Positions 28,216 to 37,210 of a DNA stretch of 64,000 bases are shown one piece after another; within the stretch, counting starts at the first letter, position 1, and every line of letters starts with the position of its first letter. Below the pieces are notes generated by a model. That model saw only the letters and a list, made by a program, of their open reading frames with translations, did not search any database and was not told where the DNA came from. Both the position numbers and the translations under genes were made by a program. The DNA comes from a virus (Duplodnaviria; Caudoviricetes): the IMG/VR virus record IMGVR_UViG_3300007619_000002, positions 296-64,295 of that record. One strand, 5' to 3'.

Positions 28216-28587
28216 ATGATTCTTGAAGCCCAGCTCATTCTCCCGGCTCGCGGGAACAATGGGGAAGATCTCGATGTGCTGCACAACAGCCTGTTTGTCG
28301 ATCTTTGCATCAAATATGGCGGCGTGACAACGCTCCATGGCATTGGCGGCTGGACAGATCCGGACGGCAACATCCAGCAGGAGCCCATCATCGCCTATAA
28401 CGTTGCATACAGTCCTGAAGCGGCCCCGATCGAGGAGCTGCGCCAGATTGGCTGCGACTATGGCGCACGTGCCCGGCAGACCGCAATCTATCTGCGCCAT
28501 GGCAACGGCCGCATCGAATTTCTGAAGCCCAATCACAAGCCCGTTGACGCATTTGCGGATGGCTACGCAAACGCCATTCCAGCATAA
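28216..28587 (+). CDS. Early hypothetical protein
   Basis: LP...N.G, GG.T....GGW, Q.AIY; SD. Confidence 0.7.
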   Translation: MILEAQLILPARGNNGEDLDVLHNSLFVDLCIKYGGVTTLHGIGGWTDPDGNIQQEPIIAYNVAYSPEAAPIEELRQIGCDYGARARQTAIYLRHGNGRIEFLKPNHKPVDAFADGYANAIPA

Positions 28588-28649
28588 CCTATTAGCTCAG
28601 GGGCAACCCTGAGCCTTTTGGCAATTTTGCCGCAACTGGAGGTAACACA

Positions 28650-29234
28650 ATGACAATTCTTGACGGCGTTGGCAGCGCCAGCCTTTTGCTGTGCGCTCTG
28701 CGGATCTATCTGGGCGTCTTCATGATCCTTGCCCGGTTCCGGTGGTTCTATGATCCATCGCGGCCGGAGGACCCATGGTTCAACGACGGTCGGCACATCT
28801 CGCTGCACAAGACGGTCTCAACTTGCGGGTTCACCCACTGGGCACTTGCGGCGACTGTCGCAATCGTCGAGATGCTCGCCGGTCTGGCACTCGTCTTCGG
28901 TCTGATGACCGTGCCTGCCGCGTTCGGGTTGCTCGTCATCCTGCTCGTGGCGACATGGTGCAAGGGCGGCGAGAAGACGGCCAAGCAAGAGCCCGTCGAT
29001 CGTATCGACTGGGTGTCCTGCTATCTGTGGACGCCTGAGCCCGGCTATATCATGGTCGCGTTTGCCATCCTCGTTCTCGGCCCCGGCATGTTCTCGCTGG
29101 ATCACATCCTCGAATATGACTGGAGCCGCGTCTGGACGGCAACCTTCGCCAGCCTGCTGGTCTTAGGTTTCATCCTTGCCAAGTTCAAGCGGTCCTTCCT
29201 GTTTGCCAACAAGATGGGCCTGTTGCGTAAATGA
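28650..29234 (+). CDS. DoxX-family membrane protein
   Basis: LRIYLG.F, E...GL.L..GL.T..AA, GPG.FSLD motifs. Confidence 0.75.
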   Translation: MTILDGVGSASLLLCALRIYLGVFMILARFRWFYDPSRPEDPWFNDGRHISLHKTVSTCGFTHWALAATVAIVEMLAGLALVFGLMTVPAAFGLLVILLVATWCKGGEKTAKQEPVDRIDWVSCYLWTPEPGYIMVAFAILVLGPGMFSLDHILEYDWSRVWTATFASLLVLGFILAKFKRSFLFANKMGLLRK

Positions 29235-29297
29235 TTGTCAGCGTCGGGGCTACAGCCCCGACGTCTTAGCTCATTTCCGAGCATAATGGAGGTAACA

Positions 29298-29573
29298 TTG
29301 CATGCACGAGCCATTTTCGCAGTAGGGGCAGCCCTGCTGGCCTTTGCCTCGGAGGGCCTTCAGGGCCTGACCGCCTCAATCATCCAGAAGGACAGCCTTG
29401 CCGCGCAAGTCGCCATCATCGGCGTCTTCATCATCGGCTATGCGTTTCTGGAGATCTTCGGCAAGCCTGACACTCCGAAGGCACAGTCTGCCGTGCACCA
29501 TGTGCGCACCAAGAAGCGCAAGCTGAAGCGCGACCGTCTCGGACGCTTTGTCTCAACGAAGAAGCGCCGTTAA
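29298..29573 (+). CDS. Small membrane protein with basic tail
   Basis: TTG after GGAGGTAAC; 2 TM; KRDRLGRFV. Confidence 0.6.
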   Translation: MHARAIFAVGAALLAFASEGLQGLTASIIQKDSLAAQVAIIGVFIIGYAFLEIFGKPDTPKAQSAVHHVRTKKRKLKRDRLGRFVSTKKRR

Positions 29574-30253
29574 ATCAACGAGCGGGGGTTCCGGCCCCCG
29601 TTCACCGATAGACTTAGCTCATTTCCGAGCGCAATTGGAGGTAATTATGACCGTGAATAAAGAGAACATCCAGAAGGTTATCGACCTGATTTCCAAAGAC
29701 GACGGCACGCATTTTCGCATGAATAGCTGGGTTGTTTATGTCGATTCTTCTCAGGATCGACAGACAACTCCAACGGATGGCTATGGAACAAGCGAGGTCA
29801 AAGAATTTCTTGACTGCTCGACCGCGTTTTGTATGGTGTCTACATACGTGTGTGACCCAAAAATTGAGGGACGAAAAAAGATATAAATTATTCCCTTTCC
29901 TGACCCTGCGAATCTTAATAATGTGTCTTCGGCAGCGGTGCCCCTTAACCCAAACGACGCCATAGCTGGCCAAGCCCCACGGAAGGAGGCTGTCAGGCTT
30001 GGACTATCGAATGGAAAGGAGGTGCGCGATATGGCTTCTTGTTCTAAGAAACCGCGGCAGGTCCGCAGTGGAAAGAAACCTGGGCCGAAGAACGTCTCGG
30101 TTGACGCCCATAAACGTTCGACGCCCAGCAAGTGCAATTAACAGCGTTAATCCGTAGTTAAGACGGTACCGCTGCCACCGAGAAAATAACTGATTTGCGA
30201 TCTTCTGAAATGCACAAAAACATACTGAGTCAACTTGTCGCACAATGTTAGAT

Positions 30254-31300
30254 CTAAGAACTGCTCAGAGCACGCTTATAAAGTTTATATTGCTCAATAG
30301 CGTGTTCGTCCGCTCTTTTGCGAGAGACTTTTCCTAAATCCCGCAATAATGGCCAATTGTTAAATTTTACGAATTCATCAAGCCTCGTTTTCACTTCGGT
30401 CATTGTGACCAAGCGCCCTTGATCCAATTGATCTTCAACATAATCCAACCACATGACAGTGGCTCTGTTTTTGACGCGCGCTTCTCCCTCGGCAAGATAA
30501 TTATTTGCGATCTTGGCGTCCGATTGTGTCGGACCTCTTTTGCCGGAATAGTACGTAAGCCCCATATCTGGCTTCGAGGCATCTGCACGATGAAGAATAA
30601 TTTCTGGCGCAGTCATAGACGCTGAAGCCCACAATAGCTTGTTTTCCATAGCCATATAGAAATTGCGAGCTTCTGCGCTCTGAGGGTCATAATCCTGACA
30701 AAGCGTGCAAAGCCGACGAACTTCACGATAGACATTTTGTGTCGAAGCTCGAATTTCGCGGGCAATCTCACGAAATTCATCTAATACATCTGGTTTTTCA
30801 GGATTTTTCAGACGCTCTTTATCGACGTAGAAGCCCTTCGTGAGAATTTGGAACAGCTTGTCTGTTGCCCATATCCTAAACATGGTTCCTTGTTTGGAAC
30901 CCACGCGGTAACCAACTGATATTACCGCATTCAAGCCATATAGAGTTGTCGGCTTGGTAGGAGAAATATGCATTTTTTGCATATTTCCCTCTTCAGCCAA
31001 TTCACCTTCTTTAAAAACGTTAGCGATGTGTCGGCTAACAACTGACTGATCAACGCCAAACATATCGGCCATTTGAGCTTGCGTAGCCCATAAGGTGTCG
31101 CCTTCAAACCGAAGTGCAACTTCTATGCCCTTGCTGGTCGCATAGATTAGTACGCGATGGCCAGTATCATCCTCAACTAGGCGTACGGCTTGCTTGTTTG
31201 TCTCATCCAATTCGCTGGGATCAGTCTGAATGAAGCGTGCCAGCGCTTCATCAAACTCCATATCCAAACTGACGGGAGGCTGGTATTTTCGTTTGGTCAT
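30254..31300 (-). CDS. RhuM-family protein (IS passenger)
   Basis: T.W.TQ.QMA.MF, Y.L.AVISVGYRV.S, FR.WAT, KGF..D.ERLK, IA.NYL motifs. Confidence 0.85.
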   Translation of the reverse strand: MTKRKYQPPVSLDMEFDEALARFIQTDPSELDETNKQAVRLVEDDTGHRVLIYATSKGIEVALRFEGDTLWATQAQMADMFGVDQSVVSRHIANVFKEGELAEEGNMQKMHISPTKPTTLYGLNAVISVGYRVGSKQGTMFRIWATDKLFQILTKGFYVDKERLKNPEKPDVLDEFREIAREIRASTQNVYREVRRLCTLCQDYDPQSAEARNFYMAMENKLLWASASMTAPEIILHRADASKPDMGLTYYSGKRGPTQSDAKIANNYLAEGEARVKNRATVMWLDYVEDQLDQGRLVTMTEVKTRLDEFVKFNNWPLLRDLGKVSRKRADEHAIEQYKLYKRALSSS

Positions 31301-32211
31301 GCGATTAGGGCCTCATACGTCAAGCGTCCGTCCACGCGACCAAGGAAATCATTAATCCGCGCGCCTTCTGTCATCCCGCGACGGTTATACCTGTAACACA
31401 TTTCGTCAAGATAGGATTGGAGGTGCTTTTTGCTTATCCAGTGATGAGTGCCATTCACTTGCCGCTTGAATAGGCTCCACGCTCCCTCAATGCCGTTGAT
31501 GTGGCAGAAGAAGAGACGAACGTATTCGCCACGGCTGTGATTTACGGAATGACGCTTGTATGAACCATCAAGATGGCCGTATGCGGCTGCTTCATCAGTC
31601 ATCAGATTGGCCTTCGGATCGACATTCTCATCGACAATGCGCTTGATTGTCTTGCCTGTCAGATTTTCAACATGCTGAGCGCGCAACTCGCCACCGCGCT
31701 CAAGCATTCCAAAGACCGTAGCTTTACCTTTGCCGCCCTGCTGACCAGTTTTCCGTTTACTGATTGGTTTGTTCGTCTCCTTGCCTCCCGTATACGTCTC
31801 ATCAAGCTCAACATCGCCTTCAAGAGGCTTATTGAATGATTTGGTTTTGGAGGCATAGCGCAGACGATGGAGCACAAACCAAGCGGTTTTTTGTGTGATT
31901 TTTAGGTTCTTGGCCAGCTGAGTGCTGGCAATGCCTTTCTTGTGGCTAGTAATCAGCCAAATAGCCGCAAACCACTTCCGGAGCGGCAGCTTCGTATCCT
32001 CGAAGATCGTGCCGACTTTGATCGAGAAACGCTTGCGGCACGATCCGCATTTGTGGGTACGATTGTCGCTGAAATGATAAATCTTGTCGTGACCACAAAG
32101 CGGGCAGAACTCACCATTCTTCCAGCGAATTGCGCGAAAATGATCAATTACTGACTGTTCGTCCGGAAACTGCTCAAAGAAATCATAAAGGCTGGTAATT
32201 TCTGTGGTCAT
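31297..32211 (-). CDS. IS1595-family DDE transposase
   Basis: CPLCG/CGSC Zn ribbon, HTH, VELDETY, TDE, VNH, NGIEG.WS, YL.E..YRYN. Confidence 0.95.
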   Translation of the reverse strand: MTTEITSLYDFFEQFPDEQSVIDHFRAIRWKNGEFCPLCGHDKIYHFSDNRTHKCGSCRKRFSIKVGTIFEDTKLPLRKWFAAIWLITSHKKGIASTQLAKNLKITQKTAWFVLHRLRYASKTKSFNKPLEGDVELDETYTGGKETNKPISKRKTGQQGGKGKATVFGMLERGGELRAQHVENLTGKTIKRIVDENVDPKANLMTDEAAAYGHLDGSYKRHSVNHSRGEYVRLFFCHINGIEGAWSLFKRQVNGTHHWISKKHLQSYLDEMCYRYNRRGMTEGARINDFLGRVDGRLTYEALIA

Positions 32212-32648
32212 GGCAATGCTCCCTTGCACCCTTAATATAGGAGCAAATTGCTTCTGGGTCAAGCTCGTATATAATCACCTTTTGTATCGCCGGATATGCC
32301 AATCTGCTCCGATTGGAAGAACAGGAGGCAGATCCCAAAGCCGTCAAGGGCGAGGACTTCCGGATTCAATTTGCCAATTCATGGCGAGCCGCTGGATGGC
32401 TCGGCATCACGAATCTCGATCCTGACGAGCTGTTCATGAATGGCGGTGAATACAACGACATCCGTGATGAAATCGACGCGCTGCCCGCAACAGTGCGCCG
32501 TCAGGCTGCCATCAATGTTCTCTCCCATCTTCGGGATACCGGCGAAGTTGACTGGCGCTCTGCCATCGACCGCGCCAAGGCATAATTGTCAGGGGAGCCC
32601 TTCGGGGCTCTCCGTTTGCTCATTTTCAGAGCATATGGAGGTAACACG

Positions 32649-33005
32649 ATGCCCGGTTTCAGATCCATTGGCGATCCGGAGCTGGCCGATGCCGCATGGC
32701 TGATCGGCCTGTCTCCAGCCGCGTTCAAGAAGACCTTCGTGCCGCTCCCCGTCAGCGTGGACGGCCGAAGAACCATTGCCCTGTGCATCAAGGCCAATCC
32801 GCCCGGTCAACCGCAGCGGACAATCCTGCACCCGCTTGCCATCGTTCCGCACCGGAAGATGTTCATTCAGGACATTCGCGGCGAGGTGCCACGCGAGATC
32901 CAGCGTGTCGAGGTCCATCCGATCGACGCACGCCATGCGCGCGTGATGCAGGGCGCACTTGACGATCCAGAGGCGTTTTTAAGCGTCTACTGGAACAGGA
33001 GTTAA
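32649..33005 (+). CDS. Early hypothetical protein
   Basis: SD GGAGGTAAC. Confidence 0.7.
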   Translation: MPGFRSIGDPELADAAWLIGLSPAAFKKTFVPLPVSVDGRRTIALCIKANPPGQPQRTILHPLAIVPHRKMFIQDIRGEVPREIQRVEVHPIDARHARVMQGALDDPEAFLSVYWNRS

Positions 33006-33099
33006 CCTCCGGGGAAAGGCTGGGTGGCAATGGTGCTGCCCAGCCAGACCTCGCATATATTTAGCCTATTTTCAGGCACATCCCAACATGGAGGTAACG

Positions 33100-33408
33100 A
33101 TGAAGACCGACAATATCAATCGCCTGATCGCGCATGTCGAAGGGCTTGAAGAGCAAATCCCCGACTGGAGGCCCAATCACTGCCTGTCAGGCATGATTCT
33201 GAAGATGCAAGGCCGCGAAACGTTCGGCGAGACCACGACCCAAGTCATCAGCGATTTTACCGGCGCATCCGTTGAAGATGCAAACAGGCTGTCCTATCGC
33301 TTGGATCAGGAATCGATGGAGAATTTCCCGCTCGAAAAGCAGAAGGAAACCATCATCCACGCCCTGACGACCCTGCGTGATAACGGCAAGGCCGTCTGGC
33401 TCTGGTAA
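33100..33408 (+). CDS. Early hypothetical protein
   Basis: SD; resembles the IS-interrupted gene. Confidence 0.7.
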   Translation: MKTDNINRLIAHVEGLEEQIPDWRPNHCLSGMILKMQGRETFGETTTQVISDFTGASVEDANRLSYRLDQESMENFPLEKQKETIIHALTTLRDNGKAVWLW

Positions 33409-33475
33409 CTATTTGGGGCGCTCTTTCGGGAGCGTCCCGCTTAGCCGATTATGGCACAAACTGGAGGTAACTGAC

Positions 33476-33838
33476 ATGGAAACCCGATACACGATCTACA
33501 ATGTCGATGGCACCACCGAGGACCGAACGGTCGACTGGCCGAAAGAACCCGGATACGAAGCCGTCCGCAAGATCACCGACCCTGTGCTGAACGGCGCATG
33601 GCTCGAACACGTCACGGTTTTCGTCCGCGACACTCACCCTCACATCAAAGGATTCTCTGACGGCTATGCCGACATGTTCGTCGATGAAGAGGGCAAGCTC
33701 AAGGGCCTTCCCGTCAACCGATTGGCCACGGCCATCTATCGTGAAAACTGGCTGGTTCACAACCCCGGCAGCCGTGCGGAAGATCTCGACACGATAAACG
33801 GCCCGGCTCTGCTGTTTCACAGAAAGGTCTGGTACTGA
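33476..33838 (+). CDS. DUF3846-like protein
   Basis: MFVDEEG..KGLPVN..AT...I.GPA. Confidence 0.7.
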   Translation: METRYTIYNVDGTTEDRTVDWPKEPGYEAVRKITDPVLNGAWLEHVTVFVRDTHPHIKGFSDGYADMFVDEEGKLKGLPVNRLATAIYRENWLVHNPGSRAEDLDTINGPALLFHRKVWY

Positions 33839-33840
33839 CC

Positions 33841-34101
33841 ATGCAGCCCTATAACGGGCACAAGAGCTACAATTACTGGAACGTCTCCCTGTGGCTGTTC
33901 AATGATGAGCGTCTTTACGGGATCGTCAAAGAGGCTTTCCGGCCCATGAAAACACGCAAGCGGCGCACCCTTGAAGAAGCCGTTCATTTCGTGCGCCGCA
34001 GGCTCGAAGTCGATCTGAAAACGAGAGACCCTCACACACCGGACGGCGTTCCATTCCTGAAATCCTACATTCGTGAAGCCCTCAGGGGCTACGAAGATTA
34101 G
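33841..34101 (+). CDS. Conserved phage early protein
   Basis: YNG...Y..WNVSLW..NDE.LY, TPDGV. Confidence 0.7.
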   Translation: MQPYNGHKSYNYWNVSLWLFNDERLYGIVKEAFRPMKTRKRRTLEEAVHFVRRRLEVDLKTRDPHTPDGVPFLKSYIREALRGYED

Positions 34102-34140
34102 CGCCAAGCGTTATGAAATCCAAAATGGAGGTAACATATC

Positions 34141-34245
34141 ATGATGAACTTTTTCTTGAGCAGCGAAAGAGGTGCGGGCGGCAACATGATCGGCCCGCTT
34201 CTCATCATATTCGTTCTCATGATCCTGATCATGATTATGCTTTAA
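34141..34245 (+). CDS. 34-aa hydrophobic peptide, Flp-prepilin-like
   Basis: MMNFFLSSERGAGGNMIGPLLIIFVLMILIMIML after GGAGGTAAC. Confidence 0.6.
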   Translation: MMNFFLSSERGAGGNMIGPLLIIFVLMILIMIML

Positions 34246-34308
34246 AATTTGCGGGGTAGCTTCTGGCTACCCCCTTAGCTCATTCCGAGCATATGGAGGT
34301 AACACACT

Positions 34309-34695
34309 ATGATGGACTTAGGCACAATCCGCGAACTGCAAGCCGATGCCGCGCTCCGTGCGGCCGAAGCCAAGCTGGAGCCGTGGATCGTCTGGCCGGA
34401 CGATGTCGGCAATGTCGAGAGACTGCGCCGCATTCCCAATCTGGGCACCCATCTGCCGGATGGCTGGCGTCGGGTTGATTCGGTCGATGAGATCGGACCG
34501 CACCGCTCGCAATGGAATACCGGCAGGCCCGATGGCAAGCGCGGCTATTTCGTCGACAAGTCCGGCTTCGGAAGCCCTAATGAACCGGCACTGACCGCTC
34601 AGGAAATGGCCGACCTGCTCAAACCCGGCTATGGTTATGCCATTGTCGAGGAAGGTCAGTTCCAGATCACCATCGGCGTGTTCAAGCAGACGTAA
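34309..34695 (+). CDS. Early hypothetical protein
   Basis: P.LG...P.GW, FVD.SGFG...EPALT, YAI.E.GQFQ. Confidence 0.75.
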   Translation: MMDLGTIRELQADAALRAAEAKLEPWIVWPDDVGNVERLRRIPNLGTHLPDGWRRVDSVDEIGPHRSQWNTGRPDGKRGYFVDKSGFGSPNEPALTAQEMADLLKPGYGYAIVEEGQFQITIGVFKQT

Positions 34696-34760
34696 ATTGT
34701 CAGGAGGTCGGCCCCGGTCGGCCTCCGTTCGCTCATTTGAGCATACAATGGAGGTAACTT

Positions 34761-34973
34761 ATGACTGACGTTATCATTTCTGACTCGCTCGAAGCCATCA
34801 CCATCATCGAAGAGGAGCCCAACTCATCCGAAGAGCGCCAGCTTGCCGCATGGCAATATCTGCTCGACACCGGGCTGGTCTGGCAGCTTCAGGGCTTTTA
34901 TGGCAGAACGGCCACGCGCATGATCGAGGCCGGACTGCTGACCCCGAAACAGGAAACCGTGGTTCACGAGTAA
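34761..34973 (+). CDS. Conserved phage early protein
   Basis: WQ.L.DTG..W.LQG.YGRTA...IEAG. Confidence 0.75.
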   Translation: MTDVIISDSLEAITIIEEEPNSSEERQLAAWQYLLDTGLVWQLQGFYGRTATRMIEAGLLTPKQETVVHE

Positions 34974-35324
34974 ATGGCAGCCGTTCAATCCATTCTGATC
35001 ATTGCCGCCATCATCATGGCAATGGTCTTCATTGGCCGGGCGGCTGACCGCTGGGGGACCTTGCCGGGACCGAGCGACAGCACGATCCCGTTTCTGGTCT
35101 TCATGGCCCTGCCATGGGGCGGTCTCATCGTCTGGTTCATCTATATCGACAAATGGAACGGCGTGCTGTTCATCGTGCTGCTGCTGGCCTCTACGTTCCT
35201 TGGAGCGTTCATCGGCTATCAGGGCAGCAAATGGACCTATCTCGACCCGTATATGTGCATGATCGTCGGTGGCTGGATGTCTTTCATGGCGTCCGGCACG
35301 GTGCTTGCGCAGATCATCCTGTGA
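34974..35324 (+). CDS. Membrane protein (about 4 TM)
   Basis: Hydrophobic segments. Confidence 0.6.
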   Translation: MAAVQSILIIAAIIMAMVFIGRAADRWGTLPGPSDSTIPFLVFMALPWGGLIVWFIYIDKWNGVLFIVLLLASTFLGAFIGYQGSKWTYLDPYMCMIVGGWMSFMASGTVLAQIIL

Positions 35325-35328
35325 CCTA

Positions 35329-35355
35329 TCCGGCCCTTCGGGGCCGGTCTTTTTT
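35329..35355 (+). terminator. Intrinsic terminator
   Basis: CCGGCCC-TTCG-GGGCCGG-TCTTTTTT. Confidence 0.75.
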
Positions 35356-35365
35356 GGAGACCCCC

Positions 35366-35701
35366 ATGAAAGGCGTCGACCTTCTGATCCTGAAAGACGA
35401 GCTGGGCCTGCCCAGCAACATGGCTCTCGTCAGAGCCTTCGGCATTTCAGAAACGTCCCTCTACACCCACCTCAGACGCGATCGAAACGTGCCCAAGATG
35501 ATGGCGCTCGCCAGCGCGGCGCTCAGGGCCGGACTCGATCCCTACACCCTCCCGGACAATTACGACCTGCCCCGTATCATGCGGGAGAACAAACTCACCT
35601 TCCAATGGCTGCGAAGCCAGTATGTCGGTATGGGGCCGCGCTTCAGTGATGAACGCCTTGTGCTCGAAGACATGCCGGACCGGCAGCTCCTGAGGTCTTG
35701 A
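35366..35701 (+). CDS. HTH protein
   Basis: SD GGAG; LG..SN..L..AFGISETSL. Confidence 0.6.
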   Translation: MKGVDLLILKDELGLPSNMALVRAFGISETSLYTHLRRDRNVPKMMALASAALRAGLDPYTLPDNYDLPRIMRENKLTFQWLRSQYVGMGPRFSDERLVLEDMPDRQLLRS

Positions 35702-35710
35702 TACACAAAC

Positions 35711-35753
35711 AAAAACCCCCGGTACGCAATACCAGCGCCGGGGGTTTCTGTTT
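35711..35753. terminator. Bidirectional terminator between convergent units
   Basis: AAAAACCCCCGG...CCGGGGGTTTCTGTTT. Confidence 0.7.
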
Positions 35754-35820
35754 CGAATGAGCCGTTAATCGTCTATGCAGGCTCACTGTCCATCAGTTCA
35801 GGCTGATTGTCAAGCCCCGC

Positions 35821-36609
35821 TTAGAAACGATACGCGACGCCGACCTTGACGATGTGCAGATCAAGATCCGAGTGAAAGTTGTCGGTGTCGTAGGAGTTAC
35901 CGCCAGTGAAGTTGTAATCAACCTCGCCAAGATCCATGTAGAGATACTCGCCGAAGATGCTGACGTTGTTCGTCAACTTCCATTCTCCGCCGCCACCAAG
36001 TGTCCAGCCGATATGGTTGCTCTCATTCGAGCCAGAGCCGCTCTGGTCTTCACCGTGAAAGGGCGCAATCGAGCTATCGACCATCGCCCAAGCGAGGCCG
36101 CCAGTCGCATAGACCAAAAGATTCGGCTTCAACAGATAACCAAAGCGAGCGCGAGCCGTGCCGAAGGCTTCAATCTCGGTCTCCATATTCCATGAGACGA
36201 TGCTCTGCCCCTCGCTGCCGCCATCGGGATAGGGAACGAAGGTGTCGGACTGGTTAAGATCAGAGTAGGCAGCATCGACAACAACGCCGAGCACAACGCG
36301 ATCAAACTGCTGATCCCCGCCAAGACCTGCGCCAGCAAACCAACTATTGTCCTTGATAGACTTGTTGCCGGAGTCGAATACACCCCATTTATTTTCAACG
36401 TCAGGGCTGTTGTCGTCGTAAGAATACGAGCCATTCCAGCCAGCCCAGCCCCAGCCACCGAAGACCTGCCCATAGATCCCGGTCCATGCATCAGACGATG
36501 GCGCATAGGTGTCTTGGTATACACCCCCCTTGTAGGGGTCGTTCACATCTGCCGCGGCAGCAGGGCCCGCGAGGCCGACTGCAAGTGCGACTGCAAGAAT
36601 CTGTTTCAC
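35821..36609 (-). CDS. Outer-membrane beta-barrel protein (Omp25/Omp31/RopB-like)
   Basis: Signal peptide ...AAAAD, WTG.Y.....G, GT.RAR.GY, L.YATGGLA, GWT.GGG.E, EYLY.DLG, C-terminal YRF. Confidence 0.9.
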   Translation of the reverse strand: MKQILAVALAVGLAGPAAAADVNDPYKGGVYQDTYAPSSDAWTGIYGQVFGGWGWAGWNGSYSYDDNSPDVENKWGVFDSGNKSIKDNSWFAGAGLGGDQQFDRVVLGVVVDAAYSDLNQSDTFVPYPDGGSEGQSIVSWNMETEIEAFGTARARFGYLLKPNLLVYATGGLAWAMVDSSIAPFHGEDQSGSGSNESNHIGWTLGGGGEWKLTNNVSIFGEYLYMDLGEVDYNFTGGNSYDTDNFHSDLDLHIVKVGVAYRF

Positions 36610-37012
36610 CGAAACCTCCGTGTTAGTGAGGCCCCGATCTAAGAGATCAAACATGCAAGGGGCAAGGAAAACTACGCTTCAAGGGGAACGTCCGCCATCA
36701 ATGTGTGACCGTATTAGCACGGTAGGGCTTAAGGCTGAACAGATTTGAATGAAGCATAGAAAAACCCCACAAGGAGGTGAAGCTTGCGGGGTTCCTCAAG
36801 TCGTGTGTATCGATGTGATGAGCGACCTGCGCATCTCGGCTGTTTGCTGTGCACTGCCCAGCGCAGATCAAATCAGTAACTTCATGTATTGCGTTATGGG
36901 TACCCCAAACCACCCCTGCGGCGTGTTGCGCAAAAGCTTTGTCTGGATTCAAGACCCAATGATGGACCTTGAGATAATCCGTATACGACTTGCCAAACCA
37001 TTCGTCAACCCC

Positions 37013-37210
37013 TTATTTTGAGCCAGATCGAAAAAATTTTGCCCAGACCCGTTTCAGCCAGCTTTTGGGCGGCTTCTGCATGGCCTTCCGGCCCTGCTCG
37101 ATCATCAGATCCGGTCCGCCGTGAACATCGTTCATGTGCATGGCGCGCGCCGACTGAGAGGCAAACCCCTTCTCGCATGACGAACATCTGAACGGCTTGG
37201 GCTTGGTCAT
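37013..37210 (-). CDS. C2H2 zinc-finger protein
   Basis: KPFRCSSCEKGF......MH...VH. Confidence 0.65.
   Translation of the reverse strand: MTKPKPFRCSSCEKGFASQSARAMHMNDVHGGPDLMIEQGRKAMQKPPKSWLKRVWAKFFRSGSK

Larger units (their letters stand above)
29835..32279 (-). mobile_element. IS1595-family element with passenger gene
   Basis: 24-bp imperfect TIRs GGTGTCTACATACGTGTGTGACCC / GGTGATTATATACGAGCTTGACCC; 8-bp TSD TTTTGTAT (29827-29834, 32280-32287); low GC. Confidence 0.92.
29647..32585 (+). pseudogene. Early gene interrupted by IS (fragments 29647-29834 and 32288-32585)
   Basis: Removing the IS and one TTTTGTAT restores the frame: ...CSTAFC|IAGYANLLRLEEQ... Confidence 0.85.
24465..34760 (+). 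repeat. Dispersed intergenic repeat (hairpin, TT(A/T), hairpin, TGGAGGTAAC), about 19 copies
   Basis: GGAGGTAA at about 24500, 25370, 25713, 26658, 26953, 27404, 27687, 28207, 28638, 29288, 29637, 32637, 33090, 33463, 34127, 34295, 34750; variants at 25053, 26128. Confidence 0.85.

Noticed and set aside
24465-34760. CRISPR array or integron attC array
   Set aside because: Repeats are separated by whole genes, are not identical, lack RYYYAAC/GTTRRRY boxes in attC arrangement, and no cas or integron integrase is present
36655-37010. ORFs 36698-36952 and 36749-37021 as real genes
   Set aside because: No SD or motifs and mutually overlapping; more likely the regulatory region of the OMP gene
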